Below, piece after piece: positions 18,568 through 28,383 of a stretch of 64,000 nucleotides of DNA. Location of the stretch: IMG/VR virus record IMGVR_UViG_3300008261_000001, positions 186,001 through 250,000 of that record. One strand, given 5' to 3'. Made by a program: the position numbers and the translations under genes. The stretch's first letter is position 1. Every line of letters begins with the position of its first letter. Below the pieces are notes generated by a model. The model saw only the letters and a program-made list of their open reading frames with translations. It was not told the DNA's origin and made no database searches.

Positions 18568-19977
18568 TTACTTGTACTTACGCATAGAGGCTATTTTACG
18601 AGAGGCTACGCGAGAGGGGTTTATGTTGAAAGGCAGTACCTCAAAGTTTCCATTTTCATCGAACCCTGTGTATTGAAGAACCTCTAGCTGACAGATTGTG
18701 TCTTCTCCGTCTTTATTTACGAAGCGTTTCTCGTAGCCCAAGAAGTCTACATCATCTGGGATAAGGTAAACCGTCATTTTTCTTTCTAGTGGGTCGAACA
18801 TGATTTGAGAAGTTGAGTAGAGACCATCGGGTACTTTACGGACAGGAATAAAAGGGTCGTCCATTTTATCCCATCTGTATCCGTAGAGGGCGGGAGCCGC
18901 TTCTGAAATGTCTGTCACATTGGATAATATTTCTGTGGCTAGTTCTCTTCTGCGTAAAGAGCTATGTCTGTCGTCCCCCACTTGATAACCTGCGTCTGGG
19001 TGGTTTATGCCGTGATTGGTGCGGACATGGAGTTTGTTTCTTTGGAGTGTCTTAACGATGGGCTGATGGATAGAGGTTTGCTCTATAATCCTAGCTCTTT
19101 TGCCGTCAGTAATAATGGTGTGACCATGAACTGGAACATGAAAGGAGTTACCTTTTATGCAGTCCATAGCATCGTCTATGTTTTTGCATTTGAGTGCGTT
19201 CAATAAATAGTACCCATCCTCTGACATACGAGGTTCTTTGGATAGGTTGCGTGTCTGACCCTCTTTTTCGTCTTCACGCACATTTAGAGCCGAGTTAACA
19301 ATAGATATTCCGTAGCTGTTAATACCTTCGAGCCAGCCTGTCACATTGTCTATGTAGTAAAGCACCTCCACACCATCGTACATATCGTGATAGACTTTAA
19401 TCTCTGGGTTGTAGTTTCTATCCCTCACTTTGACTAGATAACGCTGATCGTTTAGATCAAGGCAAGATATAACGCAAGCGGTCTTCTTACGCATGGCTTT
19501 CCTCACTATATTGGATACTTTGGGTGTTGTGGGGGTTAGGCTAGACTTCTTTTTGAAGTGCTTTTCCTTCCATGCTTTCCATTTAGCGTGGGCGGGGCTA
19601 GACTTGAGAGAGGGGTCATGCCCCCAGTTTCTTAGACTTATTTCCCACTTGGACATACCGCTGTCTTTTACTGGGTCTCCAGGCTTGCCTCCCATCATCC
19701 TTCCATTGAATCCATTTTCTTGAGCAGCGTTGTCGAAGTCTTGAGCCGTCCAATCTTCAAAAGGCTTTTCTTTACGCCTTTTGATTCTATGGAAAGAGTC
19801 GTACCCAGATTGGATATCTCCACTATCTTTGGCTTCTTCCCGACTGAAAGAGGCTAGAAGCCTTCGGTCATCTTCTGCCCAGTTATCCAATGCGGTCTGA
19901 CTCATGTTAATGAGGTCATGCCACTTGTCGTAGATTTCTTTTTTCTCTTCTTCAGTTCGAGCTTTTGCATATCTCAT
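18568..19977 (-). CDS. DUF3140-like domain fused to Ntn-hydrolase (C45/C59-like) domain
   Basis: LINMS..SLRNWGHDP, then CVI..KVRDRNY..EGINSYGISIVNSAL..RTNHG. Confidence 0.75.
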   Translation of the reverse strand: MRYAKARTEEEKKEIYDKWHDLINMSQTALDNWAEDDRRLLASFSREEAKDSGDIQSGYDSFHRIKRRKEKPFEDWTAQDFDNAAQENGFNGRMMGGKPGDPVKDSGMSKWEISLRNWGHDPSLKSSPAHAKWKAWKEKHFKKKSSLTPTTPKVSNIVRKAMRKKTACVISCLDLNDQRYLVKVRDRNYNPEIKVYHDMYDGVEVLYYIDNVTGWLEGINSYGISIVNSALNVREDEKEGQTRNLSKEPRMSEDGYYLLNALKCKNIDDAMDCIKGNSFHVPVHGHTIITDGKRARIIEQTSIHQPIVKTLQRNKLHVRTNHGINHPDAGYQVGDDRHSSLRRRELATEILSNVTDISEAAPALYGYRWDKMDDPFIPVRKVPDGLYSTSQIMFDPLERKMTVYLIPDDVDFLGYEKRFVNKDGEDTICQLEVLQYTGFDENGNFEVLPFNINPSRVASRKIASMRKYK

Positions 19978-20034
19978 GGAGATACACCCCTTTGTCTAAT
20001 ACTAGACAAAGGTCTGACTATAAAAGGATAAACA

Positions 20035-20406
20035 TCATTTCCAAGAGGTGTTTGTACTGAATCGTGTGAAGCGAGGGATAACTAAATCTAAGCCAGTCGT
20101 GATGGGTGCGTCTGGGTCAGTCCCCACACCTATCTCTAGGGGTGAGTTTCCGTCCTCTGTTATTTTGGATAACTTCGTACCTAAATATCTCATAGGGGGG
20201 CTTACCGAGTCGTCCGTTGATTTAACACCTTTACCCAAAACGGATAAGACCACATACCCTTCGGGTACATCACCACCGCCCATCTCAACAGACTTGGATA
20301 GGTTTGCAGGTAGATACACCTTATCGCCCGTAGAACCCTCAAAGCGTACCCTATTGGATAAACCGAGCGTGTAGACCTTAATGAAGGAGGGGATGATGTC
20401 ACTCAT
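20035..20406 (-). CDS. putative structural protein
   Basis: Last gene of the coupled 23761-20035 cluster. Confidence 0.55.
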   Translation of the reverse strand: MSDIIPSFIKVYTLGLSNRVRFEGSTGDKVYLPANLSKSVEMGGGDVPEGYVVLSVLGKGVKSTDDSVSPPMRYLGTKLSKITEDGNSPLEIGVGTDPDAPITTGLDLVIPRFTRFSTNTSWK

Positions 20407-20420
20407 GTTGGCTCAACCTC

Positions 20421-22487
20421 TTAGATTTGGAAAGAAGCGGAGATATTAATGAAGCCCGCACCTGAGATGGTGACAGGTATGAGTGTATCGCCCGCCGCTG
20501 AGGTTGTAGTTGTCAGAGTAGTGAGCCCATTGGAAGTGAACACCGCATGATTGGCTGTGATTTCCAATCTAACGCTCTTGGCTACGCGGTCGCCATTCTC
20601 ATCATAGGTGTTAACGACCAAGTTTTTGGATAAGTTGGCACCTGTGAATACAAACTCACCTGAGTCCTGCCACACACACGAGACGAGGTTGGGCAAAGAT
20701 GAAGAAATAACATGGACGGACACCTCAAAAGTCTTAAAGCTCCCTGAGGCGAAGTTTCCATCGTTCGACTGAGCGGGTATGTCTTGGCTACTGACCGAGG
20801 TAGCCCAATATCTACCCAAGTCGTCAAAGGTCATGCCTGTGAAGTACCCAGCCTCATAAGCTGTCTTTGTCCAACCGCCAGCAGTCCAATCATAGATAGA
20901 GGCTTCGTTTTCGAACAAGCACATAAGGCGAGTGTTGTTCTGATTCTGTGGTGCGAACCCAAGCACAGGGAAGGTGTCCGAGCTATGATAGGTCAACGAG
21001 CTAAAGTCCGTGGGGTCTATCGAGAAGGTGGTGATCTTCTTCCATGTGGCTGTAGTGTTCAAAGCGAGCGTCTCAGGCGTAGTGTGTGAGTAGAACACAC
21101 TTAAGAAATAATCCGCTCCGCTCTTGGTAAGAACGCAGTTAAGCCTCATCTGTTGGTTGGTGTTGTCGTTGTACTGCTTATAGGTGACATAATCAGAAAT
21201 CGTCTCGATCCCAGCCATCGCCACCGAGCATATTTCCATTGTGAAGGTGTCGTTGGCTTTGTCCCACACACACAATAAGAAGCTAAGGGTGGGGGTAGTT
21301 GCCTTAGGACCAAAACAAGGCACATAGGCGTAATATATGTTGCTCTCTCCGCCTATGGGAGATGGCTCAAAGTGGGTGGGGGTATAGGTGTTGAGTTGAG
21401 CGTCTGCGATGTTCGTTGTAAGAGCGACATTTCCAACGAAGCCCTGATTTCCTCTCCTATCCGCTAAGAGGGTAGTCGTAGCGGTGGAGGCGTTGTACTT
21501 GTAGAACAGATACTGACCGAGGTTAGTTTTGGTGTAGTTGGCAGCATCGTAAATGACTGTGTGGTTTGTGCCTGCGTTGTCTAGTGGGATACTCCCATTA
21601 TTCTCAATAGACATAAGGAAGCAGTATTCGCCAGCGTTGTTTGTACCTGCATAGAAAATAGGGTTTGAGTCCATGTACCATGCAGACCCACCATAGGAGA
21701 GAGAAATCTTGGTGGGTGTGCCTATGGTGATAGATCCGTTATCCCCGCTCGTGGTGTAGGAGGCTTTCCAAAGCTCCGCTTTTCTGAAGTTTTGGAGAGT
21801 GCGTTGCGATGTGCCGTAGGTGGCATAAGCTCTCATCGCGTAGTAGGTCTTTCTGCCCGCCCCCCTCAATAAAAGGGTCTTATTTGTGGTGTCTACAGCG
21901 AGGATAGCGAACTGACTGATGTAGCTTGGGAGTCCAGCGTTGTAGGCGGCTAGGGTGTACCCCTCTTCTACTTGAAAGTTATACGCCCCTGTATCTTCAA
22001 CATCGGTGTCTGCTACTTCATGGATAGTTCCGTCATACATGAACACGCCATTGATGGTCTCGCCAGCGTTGAAGTTCATCGCGTTGATATCCGCACCAGA
22101 GTTATCCGTAAAAGTCATCAGCCCTCCCATGTCGATGCGGTCGGCTTTATCCATTGTGTAAAGCTGGCTCGCGTTCACCCACTCTGAGAGGTTCTCTCCA
22201 TAGTTCACTAAAGAGTCCGTGCCGTTGGTGTAAGGGGAATAAACCGTAGATTTATTAGACACGAGTGACCCCCTCACAGGGAAAACATTTCGTGTCCCAC
22301 CTAGCGGATAAAACGCCTCGTTGGGCTTATCAAAGATGGGGGATAGGTTCGTGTAGTCGAACGCTTGGTCACCTATCCATATGTAGTCTTGGTCTGGAGA
22401 AATGACTACACCCGTGGTGGTTTTGGATATGTGGTAGTTGGTTCCGTCATAGAGTCCGAATAGGCTTTTAATCTTAGGCATTTTCAT
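20421..22487 (-). CDS. beta-rich virion/tail-associated protein
   Basis: 688 aa rich in T/N/Y/G; Ig-like C-terminus. Confidence 0.6.
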   Translation of the reverse strand: MKMPKIKSLFGLYDGTNYHISKTTTGVVISPDQDYIWIGDQAFDYTNLSPIFDKPNEAFYPLGGTRNVFPVRGSLVSNKSTVYSPYTNGTDSLVNYGENLSEWVNASQLYTMDKADRIDMGGLMTFTDNSGADINAMNFNAGETINGVFMYDGTIHEVADTDVEDTGAYNFQVEEGYTLAAYNAGLPSYISQFAILAVDTTNKTLLLRGAGRKTYYAMRAYATYGTSQRTLQNFRKAELWKASYTTSGDNGSITIGTPTKISLSYGGSAWYMDSNPIFYAGTNNAGEYCFLMSIENNGSIPLDNAGTNHTVIYDAANYTKTNLGQYLFYKYNASTATTTLLADRRGNQGFVGNVALTTNIADAQLNTYTPTHFEPSPIGGESNIYYAYVPCFGPKATTPTLSFLLCVWDKANDTFTMEICSVAMAGIETISDYVTYKQYNDNTNQQMRLNCVLTKSGADYFLSVFYSHTTPETLALNTTATWKKITTFSIDPTDFSSLTYHSSDTFPVLGFAPQNQNNTRLMCLFENEASIYDWTAGGWTKTAYEAGYFTGMTFDDLGRYWATSVSSQDIPAQSNDGNFASGSFKTFEVSVHVISSSLPNLVSCVWQDSGEFVFTGANLSKNLVVNTYDENGDRVAKSVRLEITANHAVFTSNGLTTLTTTTSAAGDTLIPVTISGAGFINISASFQI

Positions 22488-22692
22488 CCCCTCCTATGGG
22501 TTGAGCTTCCGATGTTGTTTGGAAATAGGCTAGGGCTTCATCTATGGAAGCAAAGGGGGCGTTGGTAGGTGAGGTGGGGTTTCCCTTAGTGACATAGAGC
22601 AACACTCCGTCCTTAGAGACCTTGAGGTTGCCGTTATCCAAATCTAAGGTGAAGTCACCTTTGCCTTGCACACTCACGATGGTTGAGTTCAT
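22474..22692 (-). CDS. small hypothetical (tail-associated) protein
   Basis: Coupled in cluster; PFASIDEALAY. Confidence 0.55.
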   Translation of the reverse strand: MNSTIVSVQGKGDFTLDLDNGNLKVSKDGVLLYVTKGNPTSPTNAPFASIDEALAYFQTTSEAQPIGGDENA

Positions 22693-22712
22693 GGTGGGTT
22701 ATCCTGCTGTGG

Positions 22713-23063
22713 TTAGTTGTGATAGTTTATGGAGAAGATCAAATCCGCTCCGCCATAGTTGGCACACACGCTACTGACGATGAGGCTCATGGTATCCCCT
22801 GCTGTAAGGGTTGCCTCTGTCGTGTTTGTGACTTCTTGATCCCCCGCCTCGAAGTTCACTTGATAAATGACATCGAGTGGGTCAAAGTTTCGGATAAGTT
22901 TCACTGTGGTGAAACTAGCTCCTTCTGGTGCTTGGTCGAGCGTTACCTTATAGCCCTTCAAGTACATCGTCTTGAGGGGCTTGTAAGGGGTAGATGAAGC
23001 GAGCGGAGTTATCTCGCCCACAATGTAGGCGTGAGTTTCCAATTTGGTGGTGATACGGCTCAT
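22713..23063 (-). CDS. small beta-sandwich structural protein
   Basis: LTAGDTMSLIVSSV..GADL; TAATG coupling at 23063. Confidence 0.6.
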   Translation of the reverse strand: MSRITTKLETHAYIVGEITPLASSTPYKPLKTMYLKGYKVTLDQAPEGASFTTVKLIRNFDPLDVIYQVNFEAGDQEVTNTTEATLTAGDTMSLIVSSVCANYGGADLIFSINYHN

Positions 23064-23761
23064 TAGACAATCTCCCATAGGCTATCAGTAGTGTTAGCGA
23101 CTAGGGTTATCGAGTCATACTGCACATCTATCGTGTAGCTTGCAGACCCATTTATTAAGTCGCCACCTGACCTTTGGATAACGAGGTTATTACCTGCTGC
23201 CCTTGCTCTGAGATAAAAACGGATAGTGTCTCCATCATCTACGCTTGAGAGTAGGGGGAGTGTAGCGGTGACTTGCCCAGCCGAGCTATTTACGCTGTAG
23301 TGAGTCCCCACGACTGCGTTGAAGTTAAGGCTTTGTCTTGAGAACTCCAACCCACCTGCGGTCGCTAAAACGCTGTCTATGGCTGATAGATGTGTACTTA
23401 GCGTGTCTGTGTTGAGTGCCGTGTAGTTAACGGGAGACACATTTGCAATCACATCGTCTGAGGTGATGGTCGTGTTTATCCAATCTTCACCGTCATAGAC
23501 GAGGAAGTTCCCTGCCACTGGTGCGTCAAGGGCTACATCGGATAGTGTGTCTATAGACCCAAGACTTGTGAGGTTTGCTCCACTCAGTGCGGGCAGTGTA
23601 TTTGCCACGGATAAGAGCAGGACATCACCTGCTCCTGTACCAGCGTCTAGCGAGGCACATGAGCCAGCATCCCCTATGTCGGCAAGATTAAGGGAAACCC
23701 CCTCTAAGTACCCTGTGTTGTACTTGAGAAAGTTCCCCCCATTGAGCTTTATTACCCACAT
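23063..23761 (-). CDS. tail-fibre-like protein
   Basis: LSDVALDAPVAGNFLVYDGEDWIN repeat; VTATLP..GDTIRF..DLING C-terminal domain. Confidence 0.7.
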   Translation of the reverse strand: MWVIKLNGGNFLKYNTGYLEGVSLNLADIGDAGSCASLDAGTGAGDVLLLSVANTLPALSGANLTSLGSIDTLSDVALDAPVAGNFLVYDGEDWINTTITSDDVIANVSPVNYTALNTDTLSTHLSAIDSVLATAGGLEFSRQSLNFNAVVGTHYSVNSSAGQVTATLPLLSSVDDGDTIRFYLRARAAGNNLVIQRSGGDLINGSASYTIDVQYDSITLVANTTDSLWEIV

Positions 23762-23847
23762 GATTGTTCCCCCCTTTGGTGTTTATCCAATAGGAGGAAA
23801 CCTCATAAAAGATTTAACGCTTTAGTGTCTTTAGTCCTACGACCCTC

Positions 23848-24066
23848 TTACTCCTTGTCCTTGATCGGAGCAGGCTGACCCTCAGGGTACTTTCCAATCC
23901 AAAAGGTACCAGTTCCGTTGGACTTTTCGAGCCACTCTTCAAAGTTGGCTCGGAGAAAATCTTTAAAGTTGGGGTTGTGGAAGTTTCCACCGATGTCGGA
24001 GTGAACTCCCTCACCCTTCTCGTTGGTGTACTCAATCTCTCCGATGACGAACTTAAACTTCTTCAT
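23848..24066 (-). CDS. hypothetical protein
   Basis: GAGGAGG RBS. Confidence 0.65.
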   Translation of the reverse strand: MKKFKFVIGEIEYTNEKGEGVHSDIGGNFHNPNFKDFLRANFEEWLEKSNGTGTFWIGKYPEGQPAPIKDKE

Positions 24067-24092
24067 GTGACCTCCTCAACACACCCAATAGG

Positions 24093-24626
24093 CTAGGGTT
24101 GGGTGTGTGACAACAGCTTATAAGAAATGTCGTGCATGAGGATTCCACTAGCCGTGCCTACATTGAGCGACCTCACGCTTCCATACTGGGGGATATAGAC
24201 GCATAGGTCACAAAGGGCTAAGACCTCTTGAGATATGCCCATCATCTCTTCACCGAAGATGAACAAATCGTTGGGCTTAGGTGTGAAGTCATTAATGGAT
24301 AGTGCGTTGGGTACTCCATTTTCGATAGCGATGAAGCGGTGGGAGTCTTTAAGGGCTTTTATTTCTTCGAAGCTGTCTAGGTGGGTGAGTTGTTTGTAGT
24401 TGTGTGTGCCGACAGCCCCCCTTCTGTCCCACTTCCTTTTTCCGTAGTAGTAGATTTCTCTCACCCCAAAGGCGTTTCCATTTCGGATAAAGGTTGAGAT
24501 GTTGAAGTCCCCATGTATGTGTTGCATCATGACGCTGTAGGGCAGAGCCTTACGCTCAAGGTCTTCTTTAACGAGGATTGTTTCCCAACCCTTGTAGGCA
24601 TCTATCACATTCTTGTCATTATTCAT
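24093..24626 (-). CDS. SPOUT (TrmH/SpoU) RNA 2'-O-methyltransferase
   Basis: NISTFIRNGNAFG, FGEEMMGIS, IPQYGSVRSLNVGTA. Confidence 0.9.
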   Translation of the reverse strand: MNNDKNVIDAYKGWETILVKEDLERKALPYSVMMQHIHGDFNISTFIRNGNAFGVREIYYYGKRKWDRRGAVGTHNYKQLTHLDSFEEIKALKDSHRFIAIENGVPNALSINDFTPKPNDLFIFGEEMMGISQEVLALCDLCVYIPQYGSVRSLNVGTASGILMHDISYKLLSHTQP

Positions 24627-24683
24627 TATGGCATTTTATCCATTTGCATGAGTTGTTTATTTTGGCATAAGTCGTTTTTCTCG

Positions 24684-25283
24684 TTACGCCCGCGAAGAGT
24701 TATCCATTTTCAGATAATGTTTGTGCCAATTTAAGCCGTGAGCGGTGAGCATAATAACCATCGCCACACCAAAGACCTTAAGCGTCTCTCCCGTGTCACA
24801 AAACACAGAGATGAGGGCAACCAAGATCCCACCTAAGATGTTCCCCAAGCTGTAGCGTACATGAAGCCAATAACGGAAATCTCGGAAGGTCTGTAGTCCG
24901 TACTTCTCTACCGTGTACGCTTCCCATCCAATAGACCGAAGGTTGAAGAAAACTCCACCCGCTACGGTCAATACAGCTTCTAAGACAAGAAAGGCGTTAA
25001 TGCTGAAAAAGTACACGAACAAGCTCAGAGCATAGATGACCGATATGAGGATGTCTATGAGGCTTGCTTTGCGTAGGGGCATACCCTTAAACAAAGGGAG
25101 TATCAGTCCTGTGGAACTGACCGTCATGTGATAAATGGATATGTAGGCGGTCGTCCAATACAGCCCTTGTAGTTTGTGGACCACAGGTATGACTAACGCC
25201 CATGTGATAGAGCTTATCAGCCCAACCCAAAGTTGCCACTTTAAGAACGAGTCGAACCCTCGGTAAGTATCCAATATCTTCAT
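24684..25283 (-). CDS. multi-pass membrane protein (half-MFS-like)
   Basis: About six hydrophobic segments. Confidence 0.65.
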   Translation of the reverse strand: MKILDTYRGFDSFLKWQLWVGLISSITWALVIPVVHKLQGLYWTTAYISIYHMTVSSTGLILPLFKGMPLRKASLIDILISVIYALSLFVYFFSINAFLVLEAVLTVAGGVFFNLRSIGWEAYTVEKYGLQTFRDFRYWLHVRYSLGNILGGILVALISVFCDTGETLKVFGVAMVIMLTAHGLNWHKHYLKMDNSSRA

Positions 25284-25350
25284 TTATCAGTATCCAATAG
25301 GCTTTGAGAAGTGCCTATTTATACCCCACACCTTTTGAGAAAACTTGAGG

Positions 25351-25968
25351 CTAATCCCTATGAGAAAACTTGAGGTTATAAACCGCATCTAGATAGGCTT
25401 CCTCGGACTCACGAAGCCCCTTTACGAGAAGGGCTTTGGTTCTATCCTTTATCCTATCGAGCATACGATGTACAGCCGCTCGCTTCAGATCGTTGGTGTA
25501 CTCCATAGCTTCGAGCCTTTTCCAACCTGCTCCTTCTAAGAGTTCGATGATCTTTTTGCGAGCGGTAAGGCTCTCTACCACGAGGCTAGTCTCATATTCG
25601 TTGAGGTGTTCGCTAATCAGTCCCGTGGTTTTACACACGGTGATTTGGTAGCCCTCGTAGTCGGTCACCGTGTAGGAGTCCCCGTTCACTTCCCAATGAA
25701 CCTTCTTGCCCTCTACATCGAAGTATCCATTCTCGGTGGGGGTGAGGAAATACTCTTGGACAAGAACTGGGTCATCACTCGTAGCTTCCCAATCATGGAG
25801 CTTGGTGTATGTAGCTCCGCTGATGGTGGGCTTTGGGTGTCCTTCGCCAATGATGCGAGTGGTGAGGGCTGGAGAGTTGACCATGCTGAGGAAGGTTTGA
25901 AACTCCTCGTCGAAGTCGTGGCTTGTTTGCCGACCCCACAGATAAAAATCTTGATTAACGATAATCAT
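25351..25968 (-). CDS. hypothetical protein
   Basis: 205 aa; local similarity to 37784..38359. Confidence 0.65.
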   Translation of the reverse strand: MIIVNQDFYLWGRQTSHDFDEEFQTFLSMVNSPALTTRIIGEGHPKPTISGATYTKLHDWEATSDDPVLVQEYFLTPTENGYFDVEGKKVHWEVNGDSYTVTDYEGYQITVCKTTGLISEHLNEYETSLVVESLTARKKIIELLEGAGWKRLEAMEYTNDLKRAAVHRMLDRIKDRTKALLVKGLRESEEAYLDAVYNLKFSHRD

Positions 25969-26035
25969 GCTTTTCCTTTTTAAGGTGAAGCGACCCTAAT
26001 GAGCTAGGGCTTGTCTTCACCTATATAGGAAATGC

Positions 26036-26878
26036 TTATCTACGCCCAGGTCTCTCTTCAGGAGCCCTCTTGATGCTAGGGGAGTCCATCCACTCCTCTC
26101 TATACCTCTTGTTGTACTCCTTCTTGTTTTTGGATACGCCTGATCCATAGGGGTTATGGAGGCGATAACAGGTTTCACCCTCACCAGGCTTGCCGACACC
26201 TTCCCAATTGTCGTCTGAGTAGCAATCGGGCTGATTCTTTGGAGCAGGTGGCTTGTTGTAGTTCTTTTGGTCGCCCTTGCCGTCCCAAGTACGACCTGCG
26301 AACATCTCGTCCGCCTCTAACTCGTCCGCCCACATCTCGTCTGAGAAACGCTCTAGGCTCGCCCTCCTTCTCCTTTGTACATCGTCATCGTCATCGTCCT
26401 CGTCATAATCTTCCTCGACATAGTAGTGCATTTTATTTCGTTCATTACTTTCTTCCTCGGCTATCGGTTCTACATAAAGCATCTCTGCGATGTGTTTGGT
26501 AAACCCAGCCACCTTCTTCAGAAACTTAGAACCAACCTCACCTCTGCTCTCGTCATAAACTACTTTGTCTGTGTCTGCGTTTATGATTCGAAACCCATAT
26601 CTGGTACCAGTCTGAAACAGATCAAAAATCACTGCCAGATTTCCGTTAATGACCGTGATTGAAGCACTTGACTTGTTGTGTTTTAGCTCTCGGCTACTTG
26701 AGGGGAACACGATGTCTGTATCTACCCTCTCTTTTAACAGTTTACTTACTTCTTTCTCTAAGAATGCTTGTGTCTTTTTAGCGAGATCCGCGAAAAAAGG
26801 GTTCAAGGATCCCCCTTGCTCAAGGCGGGCGATCCTCATCTCTAACTCATGTAAAACTTCACTGGCTGTTCTTCTCAT
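26036..26878 (-). CDS. RTAS-leader family protein
   Basis: Likely start ATG 26878 (MRRTASEVLHELEMRIARLE) after GGAG RBS. Confidence 0.75.
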   Translation of the reverse strand: MRRTASEVLHELEMRIARLEQGGSLNPFFADLAKKTQAFLEKEVSKLLKERVDTDIVFPSSSRELKHNKSSASITVINGNLAVIFDLFQTGTRYGFRIINADTDKVVYDESRGEVGSKFLKKVAGFTKHIAEMLYVEPIAEEESNERNKMHYYVEEDYDEDDDDDDVQRRRRASLERFSDEMWADELEADEMFAGRTWDGKGDQKNYNKPPAPKNQPDCYSDDNWEGVGKPGEGETCYRLHNPYGSGVSKNKKEYNKRYREEWMDSPSIKRAPEERPGRR

Positions 26879-26885
26879 GTTTATC

Positions 26886-26939
26886 AACTCCATAGAGGGG
26901 GTTGTAGTTTTCCCCTCTATGGAGTTAATAAACAAACTA
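26886..26939 (-). promoter_or_regulatory. TTTAT box plus RBS-occluding hairpin
   Basis: Sense TAGTTTGTTTAT followed by a 15-bp stem AACTCCATAGAGGGG/CCCCTCTATGGAGTT containing GGAG. Confidence 0.7.
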
Positions 26940-27125
26940 TTAGCGAACACGCTCCCAAGAAGCCGTCTTAACCTCGACACGAACAACGCTCGTTCCCTCG
27001 TTATCCTTTAAGAGCTTCTTAGCTTCACGAGCGGTGTTTCTGCTTGTAAAGAAAGTTCCACTTGGGGTGGTGGCTAGGCTCCCGTCTGCAAGCAATATCG
27101 CGTACACATAGGTCGTATCAGACAT
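26940..27125 (-). CDS. hypothetical protein
   Basis: AGGAGGAG RBS; TGGTATA -10. Confidence 0.65.
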   Translation of the reverse strand: MSDTTYVYAILLADGSLATTPSGTFFTSRNTAREAKKLLKDNEGTSVVRVEVKTASWERVR

Positions 27126-27193
27126 CGTGGTCTCCTCCTTGTTGGGTGGTGTGCGGACTCAGAACAATATACCACAAGATATCTGTCTTGTGA

Positions 27194-27619
27194 CTAGCCC
27201 TTATATGCCTTAACTATACGGGCTATCATATCTGCTCGCCTCATCGCACTTGTCTGATACACAACCCCCTCAGATAATGGATACTTTTCTTTTACCTTGT
27301 CGAAGCACTTCATAAGGCAAGACTTTAACAGATGCTTGAACCGAGGGTCACTTACTGGGTCGGATATGTCCCTCCACCGATCCATTTCCATCAGTAAGTC
27401 TCCCTTGTAAGTAATGGATAGTTTTGGTGGGACTTGTGAACTAAGGGTGAGAGTTAATCCATGAACCATTTTTCCGTCTTTTATTATGGATAACCCCTTA
27501 ATCTGTATGTGGCTCGTTCCATCCTCTTTGATCTCTTGTGTCACCCTTCCGCTGTTAGGACTTATCTCCGAGAGCAGATCACGACATATGTCGATCAACG
27601 CAGTGTGGCTCATATCCAT
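27194..27619 (-). CDS. hypothetical protein
   Basis: 141 aa. Confidence 0.6.
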   Translation of the reverse strand: MDMSHTALIDICRDLLSEISPNSGRVTQEIKEDGTSHIQIKGLSIIKDGKMVHGLTLTLSSQVPPKLSITYKGDLLMEMDRWRDISDPVSDPRFKHLLKSCLMKCFDKVKEKYPLSEGVVYQTSAMRRADMIARIVKAYKG

Positions 27620-27622
27620 ATC

Positions 27623-28300
27623 CTATAGGTCGAACACTATGGGTGCATTGACGCACTTATAGCCCTCATCACATATAGAAGCATTAACAAAGCTCGTACC
27701 ACCACTCTCATACAGCCCATATCCATTATGGATATGTCCGAACACATGAAGCCGAGGCTTTATCCTATTGGTGACTTCTTCTAATAGCGACTCGCAACCA
27801 ACCCTCTCCCCCGTAACGAGCAAATCTCCAAATCCCATCGGTGGACCATGAGTGATAAGAACCTGAGTGTTGGTGGGGATATTACTCCATACTGCTCTGA
27901 TAGGTAGCCCCCTCCTTACATTGAAGCCCCAATCTCCAAAGGTGGGTGTGACTGGACTCCCATAAAAGGATACACCCTCTACAACGATAGACTGATCCTC
28001 TAAATAATGGATAGATGACTCCTTCATGACATAGGCTTTTAGGTCATGAGCGGGTTCAGGTATTCGATGAAACCTCCACCATTGAGCCTCGTAGAGAGAG
28101 CGGTCTAGAGTCACCTCGTGGTTACCCGCTATGAGGATTTTGTGCTTGTGTGGTAAAGAGGCGAACCAACGGATAAACTTAATCACCTGTTGTTGAGTAC
28201 CTGATCCTGTCCAATCGCCCGAGTGGATTACGACATCCCCATCTGGTACTTGGACTTTCTCATGTAGATTGTGTGTGTCGGACATACAGACGATACGCAT
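27623..28300 (-). CDS. calcineurin-like metallophosphoesterase
   Basis: SDTH, HSGD, AGNHE, THGPP, FGHIH motifs. Confidence 0.95.
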   Translation of the reverse strand: MRIVCMSDTHNLHEKVQVPDGDVVIHSGDWTGSGTQQQVIKFIRWFASLPHKHKILIAGNHEVTLDRSLYEAQWWRFHRIPEPAHDLKAYVMKESSIHYLEDQSIVVEGVSFYGSPVTPTFGDWGFNVRRGLPIRAVWSNIPTNTQVLITHGPPMGFGDLLVTGERVGCESLLEEVTNRIKPRLHVFGHIHNGYGLYESGGTSFVNASICDEGYKCVNAPIVFDL

Positions 28301-28383
28301 AGTCGTTCTCCTTCTAGGTCTTATTTATAGTATTTTAATACTTATTAGTGGGGGAAGCACTTACCTACAAAGGAGTTTCAAAC

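Noticed and set aside
26879-26986. N-terminal extension of ORF 26036..26986
   Set aside because: It overlaps the upstream gene and the promoter-hairpin; the RBS supports a start at 26878
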